Counted from the stretch's first letter, positions 9,250 through 19,532 are shown. The stretch is 64,000 nt of DNA from Oscillospiraceae bacterium (GCA_015067885.1 SVLO01000002.1:36606-100605), one strand, 5' to 3'. Translations and numbers: made by a program. Notes: generated by a model from the letters alone, not told the origin.

Positions 9250-9939
9250 TCAGTCGGTGGTCACTTCAAATTTATAGCCTACGCCCCACACGGTTTTCAA
9301 ATTCCACCGTTCCGACACGCCCTCCAGCTTTTCCCGCAGACGCTTGATATGCACGTCCACCGTGCGGCTGTCGCCAAAGTAGTCAAAGCCCCACACCTCG
9401 TCCAGCAGCTGGTTGCGGGTAAACACCCGGTTGGGGGCGGAGGCCAGGTGGAACAGCAGTTCCAGCTCCTTGGGCGGAGTATCCACCCGCTGCCCCTTCA
9501 CTGTCAGCTCATAGGAGTCCAGGTTGATGGTCAGGTTGTCAAAGCTGAGCTTCTTCTCCCCCGTTTCCTCATCCGGACAGCTGCGGCGCAGCACCGCGTG
9601 GATGCGGGCCAGCACCTCTTTCATCTCGAAGGGCTTTACAATGTAATCGTCCGCCCCCCGCTCCAGGCCGGAGACCCGATCCTCCACCTCACCCTTGGCG
9701 GTGAGCATAATGACCGGGGTTTCCCCCGCCTGACGGATGTTTTCCAGCACTGTCCAGCCGTCCATAACGGGCAGCATAATGTCCAGCAGCACGAGATCCG
9801 GATGATAAGTACTAAACAGCTCCACACCGGTCCCGCCGTCCTTGGCCACACTGGTGTTGAACCCTTCCTTTTCCAGGTAGAGCTGCAGAAGCTGGGCAAT
9901 ATTGCTGTCATCCTCGATAATCAGCACAGTTCGCGCCAT
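9250..9939 (-). CDS. OmpR-family response regulator
   Basis: LIIEDD, LLDIMLP, MLTAK, GADDYIVKPF, TVDVHIKRLREK, TVWGVGYK. Confidence 0.95.
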   Translation of the reverse strand: MARTVLIIEDDSNIAQLLQLYLEKEGFNTSVAKDGGTGVELFSTYHPDLVLLDIMLPVMDGWTVLENIRQAGETPVIMLTAKGEVEDRVSGLERGADDYIVKPFEMKEVLARIHAVLRRSCPDEETGEKKLSFDNLTINLDSYELTVKGQRVDTPPKELELLFHLASAPNRVFTRNQLLDEVWGFDYFGDSRTVDVHIKRLREKLEGVSERWNLKTVWGVGYKFEVTTD

Positions 9940-10090
9940 TGCGTACACCGTCCTTTTTCCACATGATTTGGTTCTATTATACCCAAAAGCCACACCTTTG
10001 GGTGAATAATCTGTAAATTAGCCGGTCCGACTTTTCATCCATTATCCCATTTCCCGCCCTGTGCGTCAAGAAACGCCGCCGGAAACGGCG

Positions 10091-10810
10091 TTACCTGACG
10101 CAGCGGTACACCTGCCCGGCCTCTCCGGCCCGTCCTTTCAACTGCAGTAGCTGCTCCACAGTGACAAACCGCCATCCCTGATTTTGCAAGCAGTCCACCA
10201 CCTGCAGCGCCGCCTGAACGGATTGGGGGTAAATATCATGCAGCAGCACGATGTCCCCATCCCGCACCCGTGCCACAATATGCTCCACCACCCGTTGGGT
10301 GTTGCCGTCCCGCCAGTCCTCCGGGTCCACCGACCACAGCACTACCGGTCCGTCCGCCCAGCGCAGGGTGTTATCGTCCATGATGCCGTAGGGCGGACGC
10401 AGCCACAATTCCCGCTCGCCCACCAGAGGGTACAGCGCCCGGCGCAAACCCTCCACCTGCCGGTCAAACTCCGCCCGGGCCAGGCCGTTGACCTGCACAT
10501 GGTCCAGTGTATGCACTCCGATCTGATGCCCCTCGGCGGCCATGCGTCCCACCAGCTCCGGGGCCAGCTCCACCTGACAGCCCACCAAAAAGAAGGTGGC
10601 CTTGGCCCCCCGCGCCTGCAGCCCATCCAGCAAGACCGCCGTATGCTGCGGGTGCGGCCCATCATCAAAAGTCAGGGCAATCAGCTTTTCCCCCTCCGGC
10701 ACCTCCAAATGCAGGTCGGAGGAGCTTTCCTCCCCCGCGGGGCGCAGCAGCAGCGCCCACATCACCGCAACACTCAACACCACCGCCATTACACCACCCA
10801 AGCGCCGCAC
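10091..10810 (-). CDS. Polysaccharide deacetylase (CE4/NodB) with N-terminal membrane anchor
   Basis: ALTFDDGP, HTLDH, RPPYG, WSVDPEDW and LLHD motifs. Confidence 0.93.
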   Translation of the reverse strand: MRRLGGVMAVVLSVAVMWALLLRPAGEESSSDLHLEVPEGEKLIALTFDDGPHPQHTAVLLDGLQARGAKATFFLVGCQVELAPELVGRMAAEGHQIGVHTLDHVQVNGLARAEFDRQVEGLRRALYPLVGERELWLRPPYGIMDDNTLRWADGPVVLWSVDPEDWRDGNTQRVVEHIVARVRDGDIVLLHDIYPQSVQAALQVVDCLQNQGWRFVTVEQLLQLKGRAGEAGQVYRCVR

Positions 10811-10890
10811 CGCTCCTTCACCTCGATCTGTCGCATTTGTTGACAGTATGTGCAGTTATCGCTCCTTCGCGTGGTGTAAATTTTTCTATA

Positions 10891-10931
10891 AAAAACCTGC
10901 TGCCAACCCATTCATGGTGGCAACAGGTTTT
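10891..10931 (-). terminator. Intrinsic terminator
   Basis: AAAAACCTGCTGCCA...TGGCAACAGGTTTTT. Confidence 0.7.
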
Positions 10932-11269
10932 TACTCCGTTTGGCTCTCCTGCCCGGCGGACACGGAAGCATCCGGCGGCGCCGGGTCGGTGATTTCCTCC
11001 TGAGTGGGCTGGGATACATCCGGCTCCTGAGGTGCGGGAGGCAGGATCTCCACCACCACATCGCTGACATCGGGGGCGGGTACCGGCTCGCTGTTCAGAA
11101 AGGGCAGATTCAAATGTACGCCGTCCGCGCTGTAGTAGATGTACCGCTGCCCCAACAGCAGCACCAGTGCCATCAGCACCACAAGAACCGCCAATACGCA
11201 CACAAATCCAAGCAGCACCTTTTGCGTCGCGGTCCGCCCGCGGTAGCCGTTATAGTGACCTCGCTCCAT
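10931..11269 (-). CDS. Small single-TM membrane protein with a Pro/Glu-rich tail
   Basis: RBS GGGGGAGG; one hydrophobic helix, YIYYSADGVHLNLPFL, then a low-complexity linker. Confidence 0.75.
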   Translation of the reverse strand: MERGHYNGYRGRTATQKVLLGFVCVLAVLVVLMALVLLLGQRYIYYSADGVHLNLPFLNSEPVPAPDVSDVVVEILPPAPQEPDVSQPTQEEITDPAPPDASVSAGQESQTE

Positions 11270-11385
11270 GTCCTCCCCCCGTTCCGTTTTTTCTCTCTAG
11301 TTATAATACCGCCGACATATTCTGTCAATACGTCGGCGGTAAAAGTTCTCAAATCGTTCATTTTTTCACGATTTCAGCGTTTTTT

Positions 11386-12120
11386 TCAAATAACCAGGCC
11401 GCCATTGGGCTGCAGCACCTGGCCGGTGACAAAGCTGCCCTCCTCCCCGGCAAGAAACAGGATGCTCCGGGCCGCGTCCTCCGGCGCGCCCAATTGCTGC
11501 AGGGGCGTTTCCTGTCGCAACTGCTCCAGGCTCTCCCCATCCAGATGGGCATTCATGTCGGTGGCAATAAAGCCGGGCGCCACGCAATTGACCCGGACGC
11601 CTGAGGGACCCAGTTCCTTGGCAAGGGCTTTCGTCATAGCGATCACCGCCCCCTTGGCAGCGGAATAGGCCACCTCACAGGAGCCGCCCGTCACCCCCCA
11701 CATGGAGGACAGGGTGACAATGCTGCCCGACTTCTGCCGGACAAAATAGGGTGTTGCCGCCCGCAGGGTATAGAACGTGCCGTCCACGTTGACGGCAAAC
11801 ATCTGCCGCCACTGGTGGTCGGTGGTGTCGGTCATCAACTGTTGGGGCAGGGCGATCCCCGCGCTGCACACCAGCGCGTCCAAACCGCCCAGGGCGGCCA
11901 CAGCCTGCTCTACCAAAGCCGAGGCCTGCTCCGGATGGGAAACGTCCGCCTGAATGGCACAGGCATTTGCGCCCAAGGCTTTCATCTGCTCTACCACAGT
12001 ATGCGCCGCCGTCGCGTTGGTATGATAACCAATAGCCACATTCCAGCCTTTTTGCGCAAACAGCAGCGCCGCTGCCGCGCCAATTCCCCGGGAACCTCCG
12101 GTGATAAGCACCTTACTCAT
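11386..12120 (-). CDS. SDR oxidoreductase, FabG/YmfI-like
   Basis: TGGSRGIG; SSMWGVTGGSCEVAYSAAKG resembles the YmfI (EF-P 5-aminopentanone reductase) subfamily. Confidence 0.85.
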   Translation of the reverse strand: MSKVLITGGSRGIGAAAALLFAQKGWNVAIGYHTNATAAHTVVEQMKALGANACAIQADVSHPEQASALVEQAVAALGGLDALVCSAGIALPQQLMTDTTDHQWRQMFAVNVDGTFYTLRAATPYFVRQKSGSIVTLSSMWGVTGGSCEVAYSAAKGAVIAMTKALAKELGPSGVRVNCVAPGFIATDMNAHLDGESLEQLRQETPLQQLGAPEDAARSILFLAGEEGSFVTGQVLQPNGGLVI

Positions 12121-12947
12121 TCCAACCCCTCCAATGCCGCGCGGGCCGCCGCCCCGAGGGCCGCTTCGTCCAGCGTTTCATCGGCAAAATGCTCCAGGGC
12201 GAACACACCCTGCCATATCAGCATACCAAGTCCGTTGGAATTTTGCAACCCCAGTCGCTCCGCCCGCTCCAGCAGGGCGGTCTTGCGGGGACTGTAGATA
12301 AGGTCGTACACCCCGGCATGGGCGGGTAAACACTCCAAAAAGGACAGGTCCTCGAACTGCCCCGCCACCCCGGTCATGCCAAGATTGGTGCAGTTGACCA
12401 CCAAATCGCTTTTGGCGGCATATTCCGAAAGGGTCTGTGCGGAAAAATCACAGGCCGTCGCCCCAAATTCGGCGCACAGCTTTTCCGCCCGCTCCACGGT
12501 GCGGTTGGCAACCACCGTTTCCGCCCCTGCTTCCACCAGCTTATGCACCACCGCCCGGGCCGCGCCGCCGGCGCCCAGCACCAGCACGTCCTTGCCCGCG
12601 GGGCCCATGCCCGCCTCCACCAACGCCCGCAAAAACCCGCGCCCGTCGGTGTTGTATCCATAGGCCACGCCGCCCCGGATGGCGACGGTATTCACCGCCC
12701 CCAGTTGACGGGCCTCACGGTCCAACTCGTCCACCAGGGGGACCAGGTTTTCCTTATGTGGCATGGTGGCATTGAACCCCCCATACCCCTCCGCCTTGGC
12801 CCGGGCAAGCCACCGGGCGGTTTCCGCCCCCGCCACCCGGCAGGCGCCGTATGCAAAGTCCAGCCCCGCCGCGGCGATCATGGCGTTTTGAATGACCGGG
12901 GACAGGGAGTGATCAATGGGGTCCCCGATAACACAAAGCTTTTTCAT
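12117..12947 (-). CDS. aroE: Shikimate dehydrogenase
   Basis: HSLSP, NATMPHK, GAVNT, NTDG and GAGGAA motifs. Confidence 0.95.
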   Translation of the reverse strand: MKKLCVIGDPIDHSLSPVIQNAMIAAAGLDFAYGACRVAGAETARWLARAKAEGYGGFNATMPHKENLVPLVDELDREARQLGAVNTVAIRGGVAYGYNTDGRGFLRALVEAGMGPAGKDVLVLGAGGAARAVVHKLVEAGAETVVANRTVERAEKLCAEFGATACDFSAQTLSEYAAKSDLVVNCTNLGMTGVAGQFEDLSFLECLPAHAGVYDLIYSPRKTALLERAERLGLQNSNGLGMLIWQGVFALEHFADETLDEAALGAAARAALEGLE

Positions 12948-13378
12948 CCCCGTCCACCCTTCAAAAAGTGGTCCATGGCCATGGTGTACCCCGCAAAACC
13001 GTGGCCATAGAGCTGGCCCACGCAGGCCGGGGCGGTGACGGAGATGGCCCGGAAGCTCTCCCGGCTGTCAATGTCGGAAATATGCACCTCATAGGCCGGC
13101 ACATCCACCGCCTTCAGCGCGTCCAGAATGGCGTAGCTGTAGTGGGTGTACGCCCCGGGGTTGATGACGATAGCATCGTACACCCCATCGGCGGCGTGGA
13201 TGGCGTCGATGATGGCCCCCTCGTGGTTGGACTGGAAGCAATCGGCGCAGCTGCCGTTGGCAGCGGCATACTCACACACCAGGTTGCACAAATCCTCATA
13301 GGTTCCCTTGCCGTAGATGTCCGGCTCCCGCTTGCCCAGCAGGTTCAGGTTGGGGCCGTTGATGATCAAAAACTTCAT
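12944..13378 (-). CDS. aroQ: Type II 3-dehydroquinate dehydratase
   Basis: NGPNLNLLGKREPDIYG, QSNHEG, NPGAYTHYS and EVHIS motifs. Confidence 0.96.
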   Translation of the reverse strand: MKFLIINGPNLNLLGKREPDIYGKGTYEDLCNLVCEYAAANGSCADCFQSNHEGAIIDAIHAADGVYDAIVINPGAYTHYSYAILDALKAVDVPAYEVHISDIDSRESFRAISVTAPACVGQLYGHGFAGYTMAMDHFLKGGRG

Positions 13379-13881
13379 GTTTCACACTCCTGTGCGTACA
13401 GGGCGGCGATCTGTTCCGCCGCCTGCTGCGCTGTTTGGGTGTCCGTAATGGTATGGTGGGCATATTTGCGGTACAGGTGGATGCGCTGGTCATAGAGCTG
13501 ATACAGCCGGTCCGTATCTGCCCCCACCAGGGGTCGGCCGGACATATCCTGCCCGGCGATATCCGCCACCGGCCGGTCCCGGAAAAAGACGATGCCCGTG
13601 GCAGACAGGGCCTGCATATTCTCCTCCCGCAGCACCATGCCGCCACCGGTGGCGATGATGGTCCCCTCCATGGCGGCGGCGGTTTGGGCCGCGGCGCGCT
13701 CCATGTCCCGGAAAGCGCCCTCGCCAAATTGCTCAAAAATCTGCGGGATTGTCATGCCACGCGCCTGCTCCACCATGGCGTCGGTGTCCACAAGGGGCAT
13801 ATCCAGCATATCGCACAGCAACCGGCCCACGGCGCTTTTGCCGCAGCCGGGCATACCGATGAGTACGATGTTTTTCCTCAT
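13375..13881 (-). CDS. aroK: Shikimate kinase
   Basis: GMPGCGKS, FGEGAFRDME, ATGGG and RPL motifs. Confidence 0.95.
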   Translation of the reverse strand: MRKNIVLIGMPGCGKSAVGRLLCDMLDMPLVDTDAMVEQARGMTIPQIFEQFGEGAFRDMERAAAQTAAAMEGTIIATGGGMVLREENMQALSATGIVFFRDRPVADIAGQDMSGRPLVGADTDRLYQLYDQRIHLYRKYAHHTITDTQTAQQAAEQIAALYAQECET

Positions 13882-13888
13882 AGCGCCC

Positions 13889-15043
13889 TCACAGATTGGC
13901 CACAAAGTTGCCCAGCACCCGGAACCGGGCCGCGGTCTGGGACAGCTCGTGGAGAATTCCGTCCATCTCCGGGGCGTTCAGGTTGCCGGCAAACTCCAAA
14001 AAGAACATATACTCCCAGGTGTGGCCGGGCATGGGCCGGGACTCCAGCTTGGTCATATTCAGGCCGTTGACGGCGAAAATGCTCATAATACGGTGCAGAC
14101 TGCCCGCCTCGTGAGGCAGGGAAAACACGGTGCTGATCTTATCCGCCCCCGGCCGCAGCTCCATCACCGGGCTGACCACCACAAAGCGGGTGGTGTTGTC
14201 TGCGTTGTGGTTGGTACCGCGGACCAAAATTTCCAGACCGTACAGCTCCGCCGCCCGCTCCGAGCAGATGGCCGCCTTGGTAACGTCCCCGGTCTGGGCC
14301 ACGTACTGCCCCGCCCCCGCCGTGTCGGCGCAGGGCACCTGCACCCAATGGGGGCGGGTGTTGAGGAAGTGGTCGGACTGGAACAGTCCCTGCTCGTGGG
14401 AGTAGACGTGGGTAATGGTATCAAGGCTGGCCCCCTGGGGCGCCATCAGGCAATGCTCTACCCTCACCGTGGTCTCCCCCACGATGTAGCAGTCGTACTC
14501 GCTCATCAGGTCGTAGACCTGCCGAATGGCGCCGCTGGTGCTGTTCTCAATGGGCAGCACAGCGTAGTCCGCCCGCCCGTCCTTCAGCGCCCGGAACACG
14601 TCCTCAAACTGTTCCAGCCCAACGTTTTCCGATGTATCACCGAAAAAGTTGATGCAGGCCATCTCGCTGTACGCTCCCGCCACCCCCTGGTAGGCTACCC
14701 GGGGGTTGGCGATGGGCGTGCGGGCCGTCGCCATAGCCTTTCTGCAGCGGTCATAGTCGGGGTCGCCGCCCCCTTCGTCGATCAGCTTGCGCTGACGGCG
14801 GCGGCTGATGGCCATAAGGTTTTCAAACATGGCGGTCAGGTCGGCGCTCATGGCCGCATCCCGGGCAAGGGCGGCCTTTTGAGCCAGCACCTCCTGTTCC
14901 CGGCGGCTGTCCAGCACGGCCATGCCCCGCTGCAGCTTGTACTGTCCCACCTTATCCACCACCGCCATGCGCTGCTGGAACAGGTCGGCCAACTGTCGGT
15001 CAATGGCGTCGATCTCTTCCCGATATTGCTTCAATCCGTCCAT
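13889..15043 (-). CDS. pheA: Chorismate mutase / prephenate dehydratase
   Basis: N-terminal AroQ CM domain; PIENS, NTTRF and ACT ESRP motifs. Confidence 0.95.
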   Translation of the reverse strand: MDGLKQYREEIDAIDRQLADLFQQRMAVVDKVGQYKLQRGMAVLDSRREQEVLAQKAALARDAAMSADLTAMFENLMAISRRRQRKLIDEGGGDPDYDRCRKAMATARTPIANPRVAYQGVAGAYSEMACINFFGDTSENVGLEQFEDVFRALKDGRADYAVLPIENSTSGAIRQVYDLMSEYDCYIVGETTVRVEHCLMAPQGASLDTITHVYSHEQGLFQSDHFLNTRPHWVQVPCADTAGAGQYVAQTGDVTKAAICSERAAELYGLEILVRGTNHNADNTTRFVVVSPVMELRPGADKISTVFSLPHEAGSLHRIMSIFAVNGLNMTKLESRPMPGHTWEYMFFLEFAGNLNAPEMDGILHELSQTAARFRVLGNFVANL

Positions 15044-15060
15044 TTGGACACCTTCTTTAC

Positions 15061-16107
15061 TCAAATACCCAGCAATTCGCAGGCGGCCAGGGCTGCCGCC
15101 GCCTCGATCACAGGCACGGCCCGATGGACCACGCAGGGGTCGTGGCGGCCCTTCAGCTCCAGCTCGGCGTTCTCCATCTTCTCCATGTCTACCGTAAACT
15201 GGGTGCGGGCGATGGAGGGGGTGGGCCGCATGGTCACCTCAAAGGTCAGGGGCATACCGTTGGTAATGCCGCCGTTGATGCCGCCGGCGCAGTTCTGCTC
15301 GGCCTTGACGGTGCCGTCATCATCCACGTAGAGGGGGTCGTTCGCCTCCGACCCGCGCATAAGGGCGAAGGCCGCCCCGGCGCCGAAGCCAACGGCCTTG
15401 ACCGCAGGCACGGCGAAGAGATACCGGGCAAAGATGCCCTCGGCGTTGTCCCACATATCCGGGCCGCCAAGGCCTACGGGCAGGCCGAACACGCCGCACT
15501 CAATGCTGCCGCCCACGCTGTCCCGTTCCTCTTTCGCCTCCAAAATGGCGGCCTTCATTTCCTCCCCGGCCCCGTCGTCCAGCACGGGGAAATCCTTGTC
15601 CGCCACCGCCTGCAAAGAGGTCAAATCCTCCATGGCGGCGTCAGAAATGCCGTAAATACCGCTAATATGGGCGCCCACGAACACGCCCCTTTGGGCCAAA
15701 AGCTGCTTGGCCACCGCCCCGGCAAAGACCAGGGGTGCCGTCAGCCGCCCGGAGAAGTGTCCTCCGCCCCGATAGTCGTTGCAGCCGTTGTAGCGCACGT
15801 GGGCGGGCCAGTCGGCGTGGCCGGGCCGGGCCAGGTTTTTGGTGGCCTCATAGTCCCCGGAGCGGGTATCGGCGTTGTCAATGGTAGCGCACAGGGGGGC
15901 GCCGGTGGTCCTTCCTTCAAACACGCCGGAGAGAATTTTGATCTCGTCCCCCTCCCGCCGTGGGGTGGACAGGCCGTCCCCCTTGGGTCGGCGGCGGTCC
16001 ATCTCTTTGGCCACCGCCTGCATATCCAGCTCCAATCCCGCGGGAACACCCTCCAGCACCACGCCGATGGCCGGGCCGTGGGACTCGCCAAAGATGGTAT
16101 ATTTCAT
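15061..16107 (-). CDS. aroC: Chorismate synthase
   Basis: FGESHG, RPGHAD, RGGGHFSGR, GGINGGITNG and GRHDPC motifs. Confidence 0.96.
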   Translation of the reverse strand: MKYTIFGESHGPAIGVVLEGVPAGLELDMQAVAKEMDRRRPKGDGLSTPRREGDEIKILSGVFEGRTTGAPLCATIDNADTRSGDYEATKNLARPGHADWPAHVRYNGCNDYRGGGHFSGRLTAPLVFAGAVAKQLLAQRGVFVGAHISGIYGISDAAMEDLTSLQAVADKDFPVLDDGAGEEMKAAILEAKEERDSVGGSIECGVFGLPVGLGGPDMWDNAEGIFARYLFAVPAVKAVGFGAGAAFALMRGSEANDPLYVDDDGTVKAEQNCAGGINGGITNGMPLTFEVTMRPTPSIARTQFTVDMEKMENAELELKGRHDPCVVHRAVPVIEAAAALAACELLGI

Positions 16108-16108
16108 C

Positions 16109-17338
16109 TCAAACCGCTCCTTCCACGATTTGTCCGCCCAGCAGGCGGTAGTCCCGCCAAAAGGCGGGATAGGACTTGTTCACGCACTCCGCCCCAAGCA
16201 CCGCCACCGGCTGTTGGCAGCGGGTGGCCGCCACCGCCGCCATCATGGCAATGCGGTGGTCGTTGTGGCTGTCAATGGTCACGCCGCCCACAAGGGCCGC
16301 CTTGCCCACGACGGTCAGACTGTCCGCCCCCTCGGTCACGTCCGCGCCCATGGCGTTCAGCACGGCGGCCACAGCGGTCAGCCGGTCGCTCTCCTTAATG
16401 CGCAGCCGGGCGGCGTTGACGATTTGGGTCGTACCCTGTCGCACCGCCGCCATGGCGGCCAGCGCCGGAACAAGGTCGGGACACTGGGACACGTCGATTT
16501 CCACGTGGCCGGGTCGCCCGAGTTGCTCGTAACAACCGGCAACTGCCTTGTCCCCCTGGGTGGAGTGGGCGTCCATACCCAAAATCTCCACCTCGCCGCC
16601 CAGAGCGCGGGCGGCGTACCAAAAGGCCGCCTGGGACCAGTCCCCCTCCACCGTCACGGCGGCGGGGCGATAGGTCTGATCGCCGGGGACAAGCAGGGTC
16701 TGCTCCCCCTCCCAGCGGGCGGTCACGCCGAACTGTCCCAGGGCGTCCAGGGTCATATCCACGTAAGCCCGGCTCTCCAGCGGGGTTGTAATGACAATAC
16801 GGCTGTCCCCCTCCAGCAGGGGCAGGGCGTAGAGCAATCCGGTAATAAATTGGCTGGACACGTCACCGGGCAGAGGGTAGTCCCCGGGGGTCAAACGACC
16901 CTCCAGCCCCGCTTTGTCCTCATAGCGGGCGTAGTAAATGTCTTTCGTTTCGAAGATGTCGAAATAGGGCTTCAAGGGCCGCTCCATCAGCCGCCCGTGG
17001 CCGGTGAAGCTGCCGCCCCCCGCCACCGCAAGGGCGATGGGGATGAGAAAGCGCAGGGTGGACCCGCTCTCTCCGCAGTCGAAAAACAGCGGCTTCCCGC
17101 CGTCAAAGCCGCCGCCCCGGCCCACTACGTGCAGGCCGTCTTCCTCCTGCCACACCCGGGCGCCGAGGACACGGATACAGGCGGTGGTGGCCTCGATATC
17201 CTTGGACGGGGACAGGTTCCTGATGACACTCTCCCCCTGAGCCAGCGCCGCCGCCAGCAGCAGACGATGTCCCTGGGACTTGGAGGTGGGTGGCATAACA
17301 GTTCCGGCCAACTTGCCCGGTGTGATGGTCACGTTCAT
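16109..17338 (-). CDS. aroA: EPSP synthase
   Basis: SKSQGHR, CGESGSTLRF, SSQFITG, LRIKESDR and DHRIAM motifs. Confidence 0.96.
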   Translation of the reverse strand: MNVTITPGKLAGTVMPPTSKSQGHRLLLAAALAQGESVIRNLSPSKDIEATTACIRVLGARVWQEEDGLHVVGRGGGFDGGKPLFFDCGESGSTLRFLIPIALAVAGGGSFTGHGRLMERPLKPYFDIFETKDIYYARYEDKAGLEGRLTPGDYPLPGDVSSQFITGLLYALPLLEGDSRIVITTPLESRAYVDMTLDALGQFGVTARWEGEQTLLVPGDQTYRPAAVTVEGDWSQAAFWYAARALGGEVEILGMDAHSTQGDKAVAGCYEQLGRPGHVEIDVSQCPDLVPALAAMAAVRQGTTQIVNAARLRIKESDRLTAVAAVLNAMGADVTEGADSLTVVGKAALVGGVTIDSHNDHRIAMMAAVAATRCQQPVAVLGAECVNKSYPAFWRDYRLLGGQIVEGAV

Positions 17339-18426
17339 ACCTTCACCTGCCGCTCATGCAGCACTTCCAGCCGGGCCAGCAGGTCGGCCATGGCCATTTC
17401 CTCCGTGCGGGCGCTGCCCACGGACTCCAACAGTACCACCCGGATACCGCCGTCCCCCCGCTTTTTGTCCCTGCACACCGCGCGCTCCATCACGTCCCGG
17501 GGGCAGGGGATGTGGTGGGGCAGTTCAAATTGCGTCAGCAGCGCGGCGATCTCGTCCTCCACGCTCTCCGGGGTGACTCCCAGCGCCGCGCCCAGCCTGG
17601 CGGCCCACAGCATACCCACCGCCACCGCCTGGCCGTGGGTCCATTTCTCATAGTTCCCGGCCACCTCGAAGGCGTGGCCGATGGTGTGGCCGAAGTTCAG
17701 CAGCATACGCAGGCCGCTCTCCCGCTCGTCGGTACCCACGATGTCTGCCTTGATGGCGCAGCAGGTGTACAGCACCTGCTCAATGCGCTCCATGACCCCG
17801 GCACGGCTGCCGCAATCGTTCAGCAGACGGAAGAATTCCCCATCCCGGATGCAGCCGTACTTGATGACCTCCGCCATGCCGTCGGAGAAAATGCGGTCGG
17901 ACAGGGTGTTCAGGCAGTTGGGGTCCATCAGCACCAGCTTGGGCTGCCAAAAGGCGCCCGCCAAATTCTTGCCCGCGGGCAGGTCAATGGCGGTCTTGCC
18001 CCCCACGGAGGAGTCCACCTGGGCCAGCAGAGTGGTGGGAATTTGCACTAGATCCACTCCGCGCAGCACCGTGGCCGCGGCAAAACCGGCCAGGTCGCCC
18101 ACCACGCCGCCGCCCAGGGCCACCACGGCATCGGTGCGGCTCAGGCCGAAGTCCAGCATTTCGCCGTACAGCCGGCCCAGCATTTCAAGGCTCTTGGAAC
18201 TCTCCCCGGCGGGGACCACGATGCCATGCACCGCAAACCCGGCGGCGGTCAGGCTCCGCTCCACCCGCTGAAAATACAGGGGCGCCACATTGCTGTCGGT
18301 GACCACCGCAAGGCGGCGCGCCCGGGGGCAGACCGTGCGGATATGCTCCCCCGCCCGGTCCATCAGGCCCGACTGGATATGAATGTTATATTCCCGGCCC
18401 GGCAGGGCCACGGTCAGGGTTTTCAT
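17335..18426 (-). CDS. aroB: 3-dehydroquinate synthase
   Basis: GGGVVGDLAGF, PTTLLAQVDSSVGGK and LNFGHTIGHA motifs. Confidence 0.96.
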   Translation of the reverse strand: MKTLTVALPGREYNIHIQSGLMDRAGEHIRTVCPRARRLAVVTDSNVAPLYFQRVERSLTAAGFAVHGIVVPAGESSKSLEMLGRLYGEMLDFGLSRTDAVVALGGGVVGDLAGFAAATVLRGVDLVQIPTTLLAQVDSSVGGKTAIDLPAGKNLAGAFWQPKLVLMDPNCLNTLSDRIFSDGMAEVIKYGCIRDGEFFRLLNDCGSRAGVMERIEQVLYTCCAIKADIVGTDERESGLRMLLNFGHTIGHAFEVAGNYEKWTHGQAVAVGMLWAARLGAALGVTPESVEDEIAALLTQFELPHHIPCPRDVMERAVCRDKKRGDGGIRVVLLESVGSARTEEMAMADLLARLEVLHERQVKV

Positions 18427-18436
18427 GGCAAACACC

Positions 18437-19459
18437 TTACCTCACAAAGGTTTTCCCCATCAGCTCCACCAGGGCGGCGGACTTGCCCATCAGGTGGGCG
18501 AACTGCTCCGGGGTCAGGGACTGCTGTCCGTCGCACTTGGCGTGGGCGGGGTCGTTGTGTACCTCGATGATCAGGCCGTCGGCACCGGCGGCGATGGCAG
18601 ACATGGCCAGGGGTTCCACCAGCCAGTGGTAGCCGCCGGCGTGGGAGGGGTCCACCACCACGGGCAGGTGGCTCATGCGCTTGAGCATGGGGATGGCAGA
18701 CACGTCGAAGGTGTTGCGGGTGGCGGTTTCAAAGGTGCGCACGCCCCGCTCACACAAAATCACGTTCTCGTTGCCCTCCGCCATAATGTACTCGGCGGAC
18801 ATGACCCACTCCTCATAGGTGTTGGACAGACCCCGCTTGAGCAGCACAGGCTTGGACATCTTACCCACCTCTTTCAGCAGGTCGAAGTTCTGCATATTCC
18901 GGGCGCCCACCTGCACCAGGTCCACCTTTTCCTCAAAGACCTCGCAGTACTTGGGACTCATGATCTCGGTGACCACGGGCAGGCCGGTGTCCTGATGGGC
19001 CTCCAGCAGCAGCTCCAGCCCGTCCAGGCCCATACCCTGGAAGGAGTAGGGGGAGGTGCGGGGCTTGAAGGCGCCGCCCCGGAGCATGGCCGCGCCGGCG
19101 GACTTCACGTCCCGGGCCACCTGAATGATCTGCTCCTCGCTCTCCACGGAGCAGGGGCCGGCCACCACGGTAAAGCTGTCGCCGCCCACGGGAACCCCGG
19201 CGGCGGTGACGATGCTGTCCTCGGGGTGGAACTTGCGGTTGGCCTTCTTATACGGCTCCTGCACGCGCATGACGCGCTCCACGCCGGGGATCATTTCCAG
19301 CTTGTGCATATCCAGATGGGCGGTGTCGCCCACCAGACCCAAAATGGAGCAGCCCACGCCGTGGGTGATGCCCACCTGCACCTGTTCCTGCTGCTCCAGG
19401 CGAATGACAAGCTCGTGGATATCCTCCTGGGGCGTACCCGGTTTCATGATTATGACCAT
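18437..19459 (-). CDS. aroF: DAHP synthase type I-beta with N-terminal ferredoxin-like regulatory domain
   Basis: AGPCSVES, RGGAFKPRTSPYSFQG, GARNMQN, LKRG and DPSH motifs. Confidence 0.95.
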   Translation of the reverse strand: MVIIMKPGTPQEDIHELVIRLEQQEQVQVGITHGVGCSILGLVGDTAHLDMHKLEMIPGVERVMRVQEPYKKANRKFHPEDSIVTAAGVPVGGDSFTVVAGPCSVESEEQIIQVARDVKSAGAAMLRGGAFKPRTSPYSFQGMGLDGLELLLEAHQDTGLPVVTEIMSPKYCEVFEEKVDLVQVGARNMQNFDLLKEVGKMSKPVLLKRGLSNTYEEWVMSAEYIMAEGNENVILCERGVRTFETATRNTFDVSAIPMLKRMSHLPVVVDPSHAGGYHWLVEPLAMSAIAAGADGLIIEVHNDPAHAKCDGQQSLTPEQFAHLMGKSAALVELMGKTFVR

Positions 19460-19492
19460 ACAAATATCATCCTTTCCTTGTGTCCGTCAGGA

Positions 19493-19532
19493 CAAACAAA
19501 AGGGCGCTCATTGATGAACTCAATGAGCGCCC
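19493..19532 (-). terminator. Attenuator terminator in the aro operon leader
   Basis: 13-bp perfect stem GGGCGCTCATTGA-GTTCA-TCAATGAGCGCCC followed by TTTTGTTTG, lying between the promoter and aroF. Confidence 0.9.
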
